Virus record (IMG/VR): IMGVR_UViG_3300037070_005559
Location: 1 to 58,655 of that record
Strand: one strand, 5' to 3'
Origin: a virus
Length of the DNA stretch: 58,655 nucleotides
A model generated the notes under the pieces. It was not told the DNA's origin. It saw nothing but the letters and a program-made list of their open reading frames with translations, and ran no database searches. Position 1 is the stretch's first letter. Each line of letters starts with the position of its first letter. Made by a program: the position numbers and the translations under genes. Shown piece after piece: positions 23,674-33,248 of this stretch.

Positions 23674-26063
23674 CCTTCTTTCGGTGCCTCAGCAGCTTTA
23701 CGCTGTTTTTCAAGGTCGATCTCGGCTAATCCACGAGCCTTCTCCAATTCAAGTGCCGTACGCTGGGCCTCCGCCTGCATCTCCATCTGATGCTTCTGCT
23801 GATTCTGTTCGGATGTCATCTCGAATTGAACCTGACGCTGGGCGGTTTTTTCGGCGTGTGAAGCGCGTCCGGCTTCGATCTTCGCCTGACTCGCCGCCTG
23901 CTGTGCCTGAATCTTGGCCATCGCCTCGGGGTCCATATCGTTGCCATTCTGCTTCGCCTGAGCCTCCTGCATTCGTTGAGCAAACGCACGAACCTCGTTC
24001 ATCAGCATTTTCAAATGGTCGGACAGGGATTTCACCAGCTCCTTCGTGGTGTTGTCCGGCGCCTCGCCCCGCGCGTGCGGTTGCTGCGCGTCTTGAGCAA
24101 GAATCGCAATGTGATTGGCGATGCCGTTGCCCTTGATTGGCGCACCTTGAACGGTCTGACCCGCCAGGTTCTGCATACCCACCAATTCCTGTGGGGTACA
24201 CACCCCACCACGTTGGGTGATTTCCTGAACCTTCGCGCCTAACGCGACCAGCATGGCTTCGCTGTATTCGCTGTGATTGACTCCCTCTTTCAAACCCATC
24301 TGAGTACCAGCCAGCAACACACCAGCCGAAAGTTGGGCATCATGCACGCTGTCACTCACATGTGGTTCTTCAGGCACGAGATCCTGCGCCAGCGAATAGT
24401 CATCCAAATCCACCGCCAGCTTCATCCGTAAAACCTTTCGCTGCGCCTGCGGGTCCAACTTGGTGTAGACGGTCATCGCCCGATCAACCATTGCCGATTG
24501 CAGCATTTTGTTTCCGGCGCCCAACACGCGTGTGGGTTGAATATCCCAGCAGGCACTGTTGAGAGCTTCTTCCGGGATACCGCGCTTCAGCATGTTGACC
24601 CGGAATCGGCGGACGTCGGCGTCTCGGCTGTTCGGCAGGCAGAAGCGCCGACAGATTTCCATGTACTGAAATTTCTTGTTCGTATACGCCTGGTTGGTCA
24701 TGCCACTTACCATTGCCGCCGTCTTATTCACCTTGGCCATCGTACGCGTCGCCGTCTCGTTGGCGCTTCCGAAATCAAGGTCTTCCGTATAACTACTGCT
24801 GCTGTCGGAGATCGATTGGCGGTTTATTTGCAGGCACATTTCAGCCAGATTCGCCTCCACCTTCCAACGCTCCTCCTGTCTTACGAATTGGATGCCGTCG
24901 GGAATTGGTGTCTTATCCGTGAGATCGATCTTCAGCGCGCGTTCGGCATCGGGCATGTTGGTCACGCGATAGTACTGCATCAGGCTTTCAAACGTGGCCT
25001 CGGTGAACTTGCATTGCAGCCGGTTTTGAAGATGGCAGACGGCGTAGAGTAGGAATCCCAGTGACCGAACAGAGTGATATTTGAAAGGCGCCTTCGATGA
25101 ACAATTGGCAATCTGAAAATGGATTAGCTCCGAGAGTTTGTCCGCGACCTTGCGCTTGCCACTGTCGTAGAGGAACGCGCTTTTGGTGGCGCCGTATTTG
25201 CCGTCTATTTTTGAGATCGTGGGTGATGCTCCTCCAGTGAGTCCCGGCTGCCCCCAGGCGTCGAGGATTATCTTTTTTCTCCAACCACTCTGTTTGCCAC
25301 TGTCGTCCCACCAGTAGAATTGGAAGGTGTCGATCGTGGGTATGTTGTCGCCCGCGTAGAGCCCGCCATCTTGCTTGATCCGGTCATCCATCTTCTCCGG
25401 ACTCCAGATGTCGGCGAATGATCCACTCATTAGACGCTGGGCCTCACTATCCACCCATTTGATCGCGGCTTTTACCGACGGCATGTTCCATCCTGGGTCA
25501 ACGTTCGGCCCAGAGGTAATCCGTGAAAGTTCGAACGCCGTGTATTTCTGATAACACGCCCAGAACGGGAGGTTGGTCATGGACGTCAGCGTGTCACCGG
25601 GGATGAGTACATCCTCGATCCCTCGGTCAACCGCACACCACGAGTATTTGTCGGTCCAAACCGTCGGCCCAATCCCGTGAGATACATTCATCGAGTTGAT
25701 ACCCTTTTGGGTATCAACGTAGTTCGATGAGTTTTTTATCAGCTTATTGATCTCACGTGTGATCTGGTGGCTCCATTCCTGACGCTTCCATTTTGGACCG
25801 TAATCGAGTTTGACTGTAAAAAGCGGATCAGGGAGGAGGAGGGCGTTATCCAACTGCCGGCGCGCGTCGTGGACTACGTTTGGTCCGTTCTCGGGGAAGT
25901 TGACGTTGACCGACAGATTGTTTTGAGAGACTTCGGCGTCGGTGTAGGTCGGCCAGCCGTCCATTAGCCGGTCAATGCGAGCGCGGTTGCGGCCCCGCCA
26001 GTAGTCACTAAGCCGCATTTGGGAAACCAATTGTTCTACCGTCTCAGGTGAGTCGAAACGCAC
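23670..26063 (-). CDS. Portal protein (candidate; 797 aa) with a Q/A/E-rich coiled-coil C-terminus
   Basis: The call rests on size and on position upstream of scaffold and capsid. GTG start at 26063; start uncertain. Confidence 0.6.
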   Translation of the reverse strand: MRFDSPETVEQLVSQMRLSDYWRGRNRARIDRLMDGWPTYTDAEVSQNNLSVNVNFPENGPNVVHDARRQLDNALLLPDPLFTVKLDYGPKWKRQEWSHQITREINKLIKNSSNYVDTQKGINSMNVSHGIGPTVWTDKYSWCAVDRGIEDVLIPGDTLTSMTNLPFWACYQKYTAFELSRITSGPNVDPGWNMPSVKAAIKWVDSEAQRLMSGSFADIWSPEKMDDRIKQDGGLYAGDNIPTIDTFQFYWWDDSGKQSGWRKKIILDAWGQPGLTGGASPTISKIDGKYGATKSAFLYDSGKRKVADKLSELIHFQIANCSSKAPFKYHSVRSLGFLLYAVCHLQNRLQCKFTEATFESLMQYYRVTNMPDAERALKIDLTDKTPIPDGIQFVRQEERWKVEANLAEMCLQINRQSISDSSSSYTEDLDFGSANETATRTMAKVNKTAAMVSGMTNQAYTNKKFQYMEICRRFCLPNSRDADVRRFRVNMLKRGIPEEALNSACWDIQPTRVLGAGNKMLQSAMVDRAMTVYTKLDPQAQRKVLRMKLAVDLDDYSLAQDLVPEEPHVSDSVHDAQLSAGVLLAGTQMGLKEGVNHSEYSEAMLVALGAKVQEITQRGGVCTPQELVGMQNLAGQTVQGAPIKGNGIANHIAILAQDAQQPHARGEAPDNTTKELVKSLSDHLKMLMNEVRAFAQRMQEAQAKQNGNDMDPEAMAKIQAQQAASQAKIEAGRASHAEKTAQRQVQFEMTSEQNQQKHQMEMQAEAQRTALELEKARGLAEIDLEKQRKAAEAPKEG

Positions 26064-26074
26064 GTACTGAGGTA

Positions 26075-26248
26075 TTACTCTCCTTCTTGTGGTTTGCCAA
26101 GCACTTCTTCAACCACGTCAGCCACCTGAGTGTCAGGAGGAAACACCCAACTCGTGTGGCATTCGTTACAGTGATCGACCTGCACCAACACCCAGCCATC
26201 GACGTAAAATCGCTCCATGCCGTCACATTCCAGCTCCTCGACCGGCAT
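26075..26248 (-). CDS. Small Cys/His protein (57 aa; below the track cutoff)
   Basis: Hand translation: MPVEELECDGMERFYVDGWVLVQVDHCNECHTSWVFPPDTQVADVVEEVLGKPQEGE. Same reading frame as the upstream DUF1643 gene. Confidence 0.5.
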   Translation of the reverse strand: MPVEELECDGMERFYVDGWVLVQVDHCNECHTSWVFPPDTQVADVVEEVLGKPQEGE

Positions 26249-26362
26249 CTGAAGCTCGTTCGCGCAAGAAGCTGCTGTTCGATGGTGTTCACAGGTTTTG
26301 GGATTGGGTGGTTTCAGGCTGGGGATACGGGAGTTGAGGCGGTGAATAAGGTGTTCACAACT

Positions 26363-26902
26363 TTACCCATGCGGCGCGTAGAGCTTCGGCACTACCTCAT
26401 ACGGCACATAAAGTGGGTGCTCTGGAAATCCGTGCTTGGTTGTACGAAGGCAATGAGTCTTCACCCCGATTCCATTCAGCCACTGCAATACCGTCAGATC
26501 GCGATTCCTGTGCCTGCCGTTTACTCCCCAAGCCGCAATGACTATTGACGCTTGGGAGGAGCGCTGCAAGAGATGGTGATGGTTATCGCATCCTTCTGGC
26601 TCTGGATGCCGCCGCATGGATGCCGGAGATGTATCTCGAACCGCAAACAGGTTCGTCATGCAGAGCGCGCCGTATCCCCACCGCTTTGAAAATCCGATGC
26701 ACTTCCGGATTGTGGGATCATCCTTGGTTTCGTCGGCAGTGCTTGGATTGAGTCCGATGAACATCGCATAGCCATCGACTTTTGGAAGGTCGTCGCTGCA
26801 TCCGGTAATCGAGTCCACATCCCATTCCCGCCACAGCGTGTATCTATAAACGCGGTCAGGCGAAAGAATCGTCTGCCGACAACTTGTTGGCTCCGGATTC
26901 AC
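26363..26902 (-). CDS. DUF1643-family protein (179 aa)
   Basis: RVYRYTLWREW...MFIGLNPSTADETKDDPTIRKCIGFSKRWGYGALCMTNLFAVRDTSP...AAWG...TKHGFPEHPLY. Confidence 0.75.
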   Translation of the reverse strand: MNPEPTSCRQTILSPDRVYRYTLWREWDVDSITGCSDDLPKVDGYAMFIGLNPSTADETKDDPTIRKCIGFSKRWGYGALCMTNLFAVRDTSPASMRRHPEPEGCDNHHHLLQRSSQASIVIAAWGVNGRHRNRDLTVLQWLNGIGVKTHCLRTTKHGFPEHPLYVPYEVVPKLYAPHG

Positions 26903-28134
26903 AACCCCACAATCTCCACCCGCGGAACCGGGATAATGAACTTCCCACCCGCCTCAAGATACGGCCGCATTTTGTCCAGAATTTCCTCCCTGTAATTCCA
27001 AGCGAAAAGGATAACGTAATCCGGCATCCGTTTCATCAACTCCTCCTCCGCCACGACTGGAATGCTCGTGCCCGGAACCATTCGCCCAATCTTCTGTTCC
27101 GTGGTATCGGTCACGAACTCCAACATATTGTCCAACCCACAGGCGTTGATCCACACCGTGCCTTTGGCAGATGCTCCAAATCCAGCCACGCGATTACCCT
27201 CGGCCCGCAGCGAGATCACCATAGAACGCAAGTGGTGGATGAGGTCATTCGACTTGTTTTTGAAATCGTGCCACGCCTGTAATCCGGTGGTGGCCTCGGT
27301 TTCGAGAGCCACAAACTCATCGAAACTTTTGTCCGGTGGAATCGTGCTGTCATCGTGGCGCAACATCACCACGATTGACCCGCCGTGGATCGGATAGCGT
27401 TTAACTTTGTGGATATGCCAGTTGGTGTCTCCCAACAGCCAGTCCAGGGCTTTGATTGTGAGGTAGCTCAGGTGCTCTGAATAAATTTGGTCGAACTCGA
27501 CGCGGGAGAGTGTGTCCAACACGTATGGGACTTCGATGCAGACTAATGTGTGCTCGTCAGAAACGATGTCCAGCGCAGCGATGAACCCCTTCCAATCGTC
27601 GACGTGGCAGAAGCAGTGGCGGGCGATGATGGTTCGGGCATTTGCGGAATCGCGTAAGAAGGCTTTTGCATTTGCGGCCATGGCTTCACTCCACGTCCCG
27701 CATATCACATTAACCATACGCCCAAATGCTGAGTCGCAAAGATTGGGTGCTGGGTCTACTCCCACTACCCCATTCACAAAGCCGTTATTTTCAAGAAATT
27801 CTAAAAAGTGCCCATCGTTCGAACCAATCTCGATCACCGAACCAACTCCGTTTTCCTCCTTCATGTCGGCACACAGCTGCTTGAAGTGGTCAGCCATTGT
27901 CTGGCTGCGGCTGGTCGTGTACGGGTACGAGCCGTAAAGTATTTCCGGTCGCACCACCACGCTTAGTTGGGCCAGCGTGCAGCGTGGGCACAGGAGTATT
28001 TTCAGCGGCGCGTAGCCAGCGTGTTCGTCGTCCGGCCGTCGGAAGTCATTCGCAAGAGCAAAAATACCCATATCAAAGACTTCGGTGAGAGCACCCCATT
28101 GACACGCTCGGCAGACTTTGTGTTCAGTGTACAT
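26899..28134 (-). CDS. NDP-hexose C-methyltransferase-like enzyme (TylCIII type; 411 aa)
   Basis: N-terminal 4-Cys motif (CRAC...CPRC), SAM motif VIEIGSNDGHFLEFL, and a C-terminal domain with AGFGASAKG. Confidence 0.75.
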   Translation of the reverse strand: MYTEHKVCRACQWGALTEVFDMGIFALANDFRRPDDEHAGYAPLKILLCPRCTLAQLSVVVRPEILYGSYPYTTSRSQTMADHFKQLCADMKEENGVGSVIEIGSNDGHFLEFLENNGFVNGVVGVDPAPNLCDSAFGRMVNVICGTWSEAMAANAKAFLRDSANARTIIARHCFCHVDDWKGFIAALDIVSDEHTLVCIEVPYVLDTLSRVEFDQIYSEHLSYLTIKALDWLLGDTNWHIHKVKRYPIHGGSIVVMLRHDDSTIPPDKSFDEFVALETEATTGLQAWHDFKNKSNDLIHHLRSMVISLRAEGNRVAGFGASAKGTVWINACGLDNMLEFVTDTTEQKIGRMVPGTSIPVVAEEELMKRMPDYVILFAWNYREEILDKMRPYLEAGGKFIIPVPRVEIVGL

Positions 28135-28618
28135 AATGCTTTAGTGGGGGAGTCGTCAGGGCCTTCTCCAAAGACCAGCCTCGCTCTAGTCGCTGTTTCA
28201 CTAGCTTTCCGTCACCGCCTAAGCGCCTACACCAATCCCTCTCGACCATCCTTATGCCGTTCAATTCGTGCCATACATTCTTGCTGGTATTTCTATTTTG
28301 CTGTGCTGGTGTGGCCCAGATACAATTTTTTGGAGTGTAGCCTTTCGAGCTATCCTTCCTTTCTAGCGTCAGTCCATGACTCCAGGTGGGACCCATGTCT
28401 TTTAAAAAATTAGGAAACGAGTACAGCCATCGGTCGCAGACTTTTATGCCCTTGCCTCCGTATATCTTGTAGTCTCTTGATTTTCGCCTCCAACTAGCAT
28501 GGCAGCACCTTCCAATCATATTGGACCAGCAGTTATAGAGCGGATGTCTGTTAGGACTCGTTTTGCCGTATCCATGACGGTTATACGGCCTCTTTTTGGA
28601 TCTACCTTTATTCTTCAT
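28124..28618 (-). CDS. Homing-endonuclease-associated DNA-binding-like protein, paralog 1 (164 aa)
   Basis: HPLYNCWSNMIGRC...YKIYGGKGIKVCDRW..FPNFLKDMGP...LERKDSSKGYTPKNCIWAT. ATG at 28618 in an ATGA overlap. Paralog of 32469..33248. Confidence 0.55.
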   Translation of the reverse strand: MKNKGRSKKRPYNRHGYGKTSPNRHPLYNCWSNMIGRCCHASWRRKSRDYKIYGGKGIKVCDRWLYSFPNFLKDMGPTWSHGLTLERKDSSKGYTPKNCIWATPAQQNRNTSKNVWHELNGIRMVERDWCRRLGGDGKLVKQRLERGWSLEKALTTPPLKHYVH

Positions 28619-29445
28619 GGCCTCCAATAAGAAATCGCCTCATCAACCGCGTCCGTCACATGCCGAACCTTCACCCCGGCGTTGACCAGCTTCTGCACCG
28701 ACATCCTTGATCCGGTCGACGTGTAATTCGTTTCCACTTTTGGAATGGTTTCAATGATACCCGCCGACGCCATCATCGTCACAACCTCTCGCGCGGTGAT
28801 CTGGCCAACGCAACAACAATTGTAAATTCCGTATGGCGCACGATTCTTCCACAACTCCAACGCGTGGCGCACCATATCCCGGCGATGCGTCAACGAATTC
28901 AGGTGATTCCACACCGATGTAAATCCCGCCAGCTTCGTCAAATAATTACGCGGGCTATTGAATTCGTCGAACGGAAGCCGTATACGCAGGATATAGCTGT
29001 CGGGGTATTGCCCAACGAAGTTCTCAGCCAGCAGCTTTGATCCAACGTAGGTTCCGCAATAGCCGTCGAAGCCTCGGATTGGGGGATCAGTTTCATCGTA
29101 CTCGCGCAGCTCGTTGTAGAGGCAGGCTGTGGAGAGGTGCATCAGCGGGACAGACGCGCTCTCGCACGCGTTAGCCAACGTGGCAGGAAATATTGCGTTG
29201 GCCCTCAGTGTCTCACCCTTGTGATTGTCGCAGTTTGAGACTGAACCACCGGCCAAGTACGCCGCACAATTGATGACCAGAGTGGGGTTGGCGTCGGAAA
29301 TCAGTTGGCGCAGCTTTCCAAACTGCGTGTAATCTAATTCGGAACGGCGTACAGCGTGGAAGGCCATTCCGGTTGCGCGCATCTCGGATTGGAAGGCGGT
29401 GCCGAGGTAGCCTGAGCCGCCCAGAATAAGCAGTCCTGTTTTCAT
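28615..29445 (-). CDS. NAD(P)-dependent sugar epimerase/reductase (RmlD-like extended SDR; 276 aa)
   Basis: Rossmann motif LILGGSGYLG. Catalytic YVGSK (YxxxK). Confidence 0.75.
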   Translation of the reverse strand: MKTGLLILGGSGYLGTAFQSEMRATGMAFHAVRRSELDYTQFGKLRQLISDANPTLVINCAAYLAGGSVSNCDNHKGETLRANAIFPATLANACESASVPLMHLSTACLYNELREYDETDPPIRGFDGYCGTYVGSKLLAENFVGQYPDSYILRIRLPFDEFNSPRNYLTKLAGFTSVWNHLNSLTHRRDMVRHALELWKNRAPYGIYNCCCVGQITAREVVTMMASAGIIETIPKVETNYTSTGSRMSVQKLVNAGVKVRHVTDAVDEAISYWRP

Positions 29446-29864
29446 AGTTTATTTTCAGGAAGTTCAAAGTCAAGTGCGCCAAATGATCCGGAAAAGCATA
29501 CAAGCTCCTCTTTCCCAGATTCCTCAAAAATCATCATGCATTTCCATCGTGGCTGGCCTTTTGACTCTTCTTTGGTTGCTCTTCGCGTGATGGTGCCTAT
29601 CACGACTCCACCTTTGCTTACTTTCATACCGGGGAGAAGTTCCTCTGGGTCTATCAACTTCTTGGGATCACGCTCCATTCGGTTGCACCCAAAAATACTA
29701 GATACCAGAAACTTCCCTTCTAGATTTAACTGAACATAGGCGTCTCTCCACTCAATGGATTTGCTCGTAATCATTGGATGCACGCATTCTCCAAGCGGCC
29801 AAATCTTATTTGGACGATGATCTCCGGGTCGAAAATGAATGCAGGCAAAGCAATAGTTTATCAT
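29442..29864 (-). CDS. Hypothetical protein (140 aa)
   Basis: ATGA overlaps at both ends. Confidence 0.65.
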   Translation of the reverse strand: MINYCFACIHFRPGDHRPNKIWPLGECVHPMITSKSIEWRDAYVQLNLEGKFLVSSIFGCNRMERDPKKLIDPEELLPGMKVSKGGVVIGTITRRATKEESKGQPRWKCMMIFEESGKEELVCFSGSFGALDFELPENKL

Positions 29865-30469
29865 AACGCCTTACGAAACACGCAAAGTTCTCGACTGAAG
29901 TACATCGAGTCAATCCCCGCCCCAGCGTTGAGCGCGTCGATGTTGGATCGTAGCCAGTCAATGTGATTTGGGAATCCGGGTTTGAGAAAGATCGAGTTCT
30001 GGGAGTATGCGACTCCCAGATCCTCGATCGCATAAAAGCCACCGGGTCGCACGTGTGGCCACAGCGCGTTGAATGTGGTGATGATGTCGCTGTTAATGTG
30101 TGATCCATCATCAATGCAGATGTCCCAATCCACTCCGTAATCGGCGATGAAGCATTGCCAGAAAACTGGATCGCCTTGGTTGCCGGTGACGAAGGTGTAG
30201 CGGTCGTTCGTGCCGGGCGTGTCCCACGGATTTGTGTTCGACACGATGTCCACACCGAACACGCGTGCGGCAGGAAAATACTCCAGCCACCCCCGAATTG
30301 ACTCGCCGCCCCCAACTCCTACTTCTGCGATCTTCATCGGCTTGTCGCGCAGCTCTCCGAAGCACCGCTCGTAATGCTGGCAATAGCCTTTCGGTTTGGC
30401 GTAGGTGCGAGTAAACTGGCTGGCTTTGTCGCTGCCGTGAAAAATCATCAGGTCATCAAGCGTGCTCAT
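29861..30469 (-). CDS. Class I SAM-dependent methyltransferase (sugar O-methyltransferase-like; 202 aa)
   Basis: ATG at 30469 in an ATGA overlap with the radical SAM stop. HGSDKA..., IAEVGVGGGESI, ICIDDGSH. Confidence 0.65.
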   Translation of the reverse strand: MSTLDDLMIFHGSDKASQFTRTYAKPKGYCQHYERCFGELRDKPMKIAEVGVGGGESIRGWLEYFPAARVFGVDIVSNTNPWDTPGTNDRYTFVTGNQGDPVFWQCFIADYGVDWDICIDDGSHINSDIITTFNALWPHVRPGGFYAIEDLGVAYSQNSIFLKPGFPNHIDWLRSNIDALNAGAGIDSMYFSRELCVFRKAL

Positions 30470-31536
30470 ACAGGTGGCGTCCATTTCCTCGCGTCTGTCA
30501 GGTGAAAATAATAGCGCAGCTTGTAACGGCTGCACTGAAGACACACCGCGTGGCCCGTTCGCTTCTCAGTCATTTCATCCTGAGTCATGTCCAAATAGTT
30601 TCCGAGAACCAAGCGTCGGTCGGCCACGCACGCGCACATTTCCACCAAGCCATCGTGACGGATGAAGCAGAACATCCAGCCAATGGGGCATGTGGGTGGC
30701 GCTTCCAAGTGCGAGTACATCTCCCGAGATTTATCCGGAGGGATCACCACGCGTTTCATCGCGTCGATATACGTCTGACTGATAGGCGGCAGCATTGCGT
30801 TGTAATCCGGACGACCGGGTTGCACCTCGAACGGAACGGCTTCCGGATCGAGGCTGCGGTTGTATTGTATCGCGTTTTCCATCGAGATCGCACGCGCGTA
30901 GGAGGTGAAGAATTCTATCCCAAGCGATTCAGCGTATTCCTTCATCGGCTGAATCTCATGCTGGTTGTCGGTGTAAATATGGAAATTGACGGCGATTCTT
31001 ATTTTCGGATTGGCCCGTGCGTTGGCCTCCGAAATCAGCTTCATATTGGCCTTCACCTTTTCGATGTTGCCTCCAGCGTGACCGCGCTCGTAAATCTCTT
31101 GAGTGAAGCCGCTGAGAGAAATGATAATCATGTCCGGCTGGGCAGCCAATACTTCATCGAGTTTTCGAACGGAGTTCAGATTGGTCGACACCTGTGCATT
31201 CAGCCCGCGGCGCTTTACCGACGAAATGCACTCCGCAAGTCGTGGGTGAATCCAGGGCTCAGAATTTCCATAAAGCATGACCATCGCATTCGGATTCTCC
31301 GATTGGATTTTGTCGAGAATTCGCTCCATCAATTCAGGCTCCATAATTCCCGTCTGGTGGTCGTAGCCTTCGGGAACGCCTTTCGTGCAGGTTGGGCAAT
31401 GGAGGGAGCACAACGAATTGCATTCGAGGAAAAAGCGCCAGCTTTTCAGCTTCGTCTCTGCGATGGAGATCGCGCCTCCGCCCTGCCAGAATGGGATGCT
31501 GGCGTCGTCCATTGCTTTTTGGAGTTCGGGTGTCAT
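30466..31536 (-). CDS. Radical SAM enzyme with a Cys-rich C-terminal (SPASM/twitch-like) region (356 aa)
   Basis: CSLHCPTC (CxxxCxxC). C-terminal CPIGWMFC...MCACV...CLQC. Confidence 0.75.
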   Translation of the reverse strand: MTPELQKAMDDASIPFWQGGGAISIAETKLKSWRFFLECNSLCSLHCPTCTKGVPEGYDHQTGIMEPELMERILDKIQSENPNAMVMLYGNSEPWIHPRLAECISSVKRRGLNAQVSTNLNSVRKLDEVLAAQPDMIIISLSGFTQEIYERGHAGGNIEKVKANMKLISEANARANPKIRIAVNFHIYTDNQHEIQPMKEYAESLGIEFFTSYARAISMENAIQYNRSLDPEAVPFEVQPGRPDYNAMLPPISQTYIDAMKRVVIPPDKSREMYSHLEAPPTCPIGWMFCFIRHDGLVEMCACVADRRLVLGNYLDMTQDEMTEKRTGHAVCLQCSRYKLRYYFHLTDARKWTPPV

Positions 31537-31537
31537 G

Positions 31538-32221
31538 TCAAAACGGCAGTCTATCGCGATAGGCTTTTACGATTGGGCGGGGGCCATTTCCCCACGCCAC
31601 CTCTGCTTCGTAACGCGAGGACAGAGCGCCGATGCCATCTTGCTTGATTCGTTCGCGTAGGTAAAGGGATGGGAGTTTGCGAACAAAAGAGGCTTTGGTC
31701 CAGAGCCAATTTCCGGCCGGGATGTGTTGGCTTTGATCCCAACCCTGATCCCACATCCAGTGCATACAGGCGATGTCGTTGCCAGCCTCCAGATCAGCCA
31801 CACACTGACGCCAGTTGGTTATCAGGTCTTGGGTCATGGCGAGTCTCCACGGCTTGGCCACGTTCTCCCCATAGTGGGAGCCCGGCGCATGTGTGCTCCC
31901 CTTTTGATGCGCGTACAGGATGTAAGCCTCGCCTTCGATTTGGTGAGTGTGATCGAACAGCTTCATTATTGTGAGGTTTTCGCTGCGGCAGTCTGTACCG
32001 TGGTAAACGACTTCGGCTTTCGGTGGGAAGATGCTGCTCACGATACCCGCACTCTCGTCGGGTGATCCGTTGATGCACACGTGAAATTCACTGGCGGCGT
32101 CCAATAATCCACTGGATTTGAACGCCTCCATTTGTTCGCGCGCGATTGGCTCAGCACTTGGCAAATAGCGACCTTCGATTGCGAAGACTCCGTGGAGGTA
32201 GATTATGATTGGGGTTGTCAT
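31538..32221 (-). CDS. Hypothetical protein (227 aa)
   Basis: ATG at 32221 in an ATGA overlap. No motif recognised. Confidence 0.65.
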   Translation of the reverse strand: MTTPIIIYLHGVFAIEGRYLPSAEPIAREQMEAFKSSGLLDAASEFHVCINGSPDESAGIVSSIFPPKAEVVYHGTDCRSENLTIMKLFDHTHQIEGEAYILYAHQKGSTHAPGSHYGENVAKPWRLAMTQDLITNWRQCVADLEAGNDIACMHWMWDQGWDQSQHIPAGNWLWTKASFVRKLPSLYLRERIKQDGIGALSSRYEAEVAWGNGPRPIVKAYRDRLPF

Positions 32222-32472
32222 TTCTTCCAAAAATACTGTTGGGCGATTATCATGGCACAGTCGAAAAACGGAGCCTCTTCCATATCGCCATTAAAATGGC
32301 ATTCCATCAAGTCGAGTTCCAGCAAGGTTTTTACCATGATGCGCATTTTATCCTCTGAACTGAGTATGAATTCGACTGTATCAAATGGCTTCTTTAGACC
32401 GCCATCGGATATTTCGGCCATCAACTTTTTGATGAGCTTTTTCGCCGCCTTCTCTGCGTCTCGCTTTCTCAT
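32218..32472 (-). CDS. Hypothetical protein (84 aa)
   Basis: ATGA overlaps at both ends. Confidence 0.6.
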   Translation of the reverse strand: MRKRDAEKAAKKLIKKLMAEISDGGLKKPFDTVEFILSSEDKMRIMVKTLLELDLMECHFNGDMEEAPFFDCAMIIAQQYFWKK

Positions 32473-33248
32473 CGGAGTATTGTGACGCTACCGTTTGTGC
32501 CAACCCCTCCAGCCGGGGTTGAGAGGGCGCGCTCGATAGACCAGCCACGACCCAGACGAACGTAAATAATATCAGCGTTTCCTCCTATTTGCCGTGACCA
32601 TTCTCGCTTCGTTAGGGTTTTGCCGTTGAATGTGATGGGCTTGACGTTCCTCTTGTTCTGGTTTTGCTCATGTCGAGTAGCCCAACGGCAGTTCTTGGGA
32701 CAGTAGCCTTTGCTGTTGTTGATGCGCTCGATTTCAAGTCCGGGCTTATATGTCGGACCCATGTCCTTCAGAAAATTTACGAACTTTCGCCAGCGATGGC
32801 AGACGGTTATGCCGCGACCACCGTAGTTCTTGTAATCTATTGATGTTTTACATCGACATCGGCGGTTCATTCCTGTCCAGGTCTTATATAGTGGGTGCTC
32901 ATGACCACGCCTTGCGAGTCCGTGCGTGGTGTTTCGCTTTGATAGCATTTCACGAAACAGACATCCGCATGATCCGGTTAAACCCTTCCTTACATTTCTG
33001 AGAAGGATGTTTTTGAAGTTTCCGCATTCGCACTTGAATTTCCACAACTGACCGCCTTTCACCTCTATAAACCTGACTGCTGTGAGGCGATTGAATTTCT
33101 TTCCAACAAAGGCTTGAACTCTCGGGTCTTTTGGTCCAGTAATTTTGGCAGGCATACGATCAAGTGATTTTGATTTTATGTTCAGGGCCGGGAGGCGCGT
33201 CACGGCGTTCTCTCGGCTCGAATTATTTTGGAGTGACCTCTGAATCAT
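32469..33248 (-). CDS. Homing-endonuclease-associated DNA-binding-like protein, paralog 2 (259 aa)
   Basis: FNRLTAV...WKFKCECG...SCGC, then HPLYKTWTGMNRRC...YKNYGGRGITVCHRW..FVNFLKDMGP...IERINNSKGYCPKNCRWAT. Confidence 0.55.
   Translation of the reverse strand: MIQRSLQNNSSRENAVTRLPALNIKSKSLDRMPAKITGPKDPRVQAFVGKKFNRLTAVRFIEVKGGQLWKFKCECGNFKNILLRNVRKGLTGSCGCLFREMLSKRNTTHGLARRGHEHPLYKTWTGMNRRCRCKTSIDYKNYGGRGITVCHRWRKFVNFLKDMGPTYKPGLEIERINNSKGYCPKNCRWATRHEQNQNKRNVKPITFNGKTLTKREWSRQIGGNADIIYVRLGRGWSIERALSTPAGGVGTNGSVTILR

Noticed and set aside
26044-26292. 82-aa minus-strand ORF between the DUF1643 and portal genes
   Set aside because: It is Trp/Cys/Arg-rich and overlaps the portal start. A different frame gives a more protein-like 57-aa ORF (26075..26248).
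30502-31647. 381-aa plus-strand ORF
   Set aside because: It is antisense to the radical SAM gene, whose CxxxCxxC motif and operon coupling clearly mark the minus strand as coding. The translation is Arg/His-rich and low in information.
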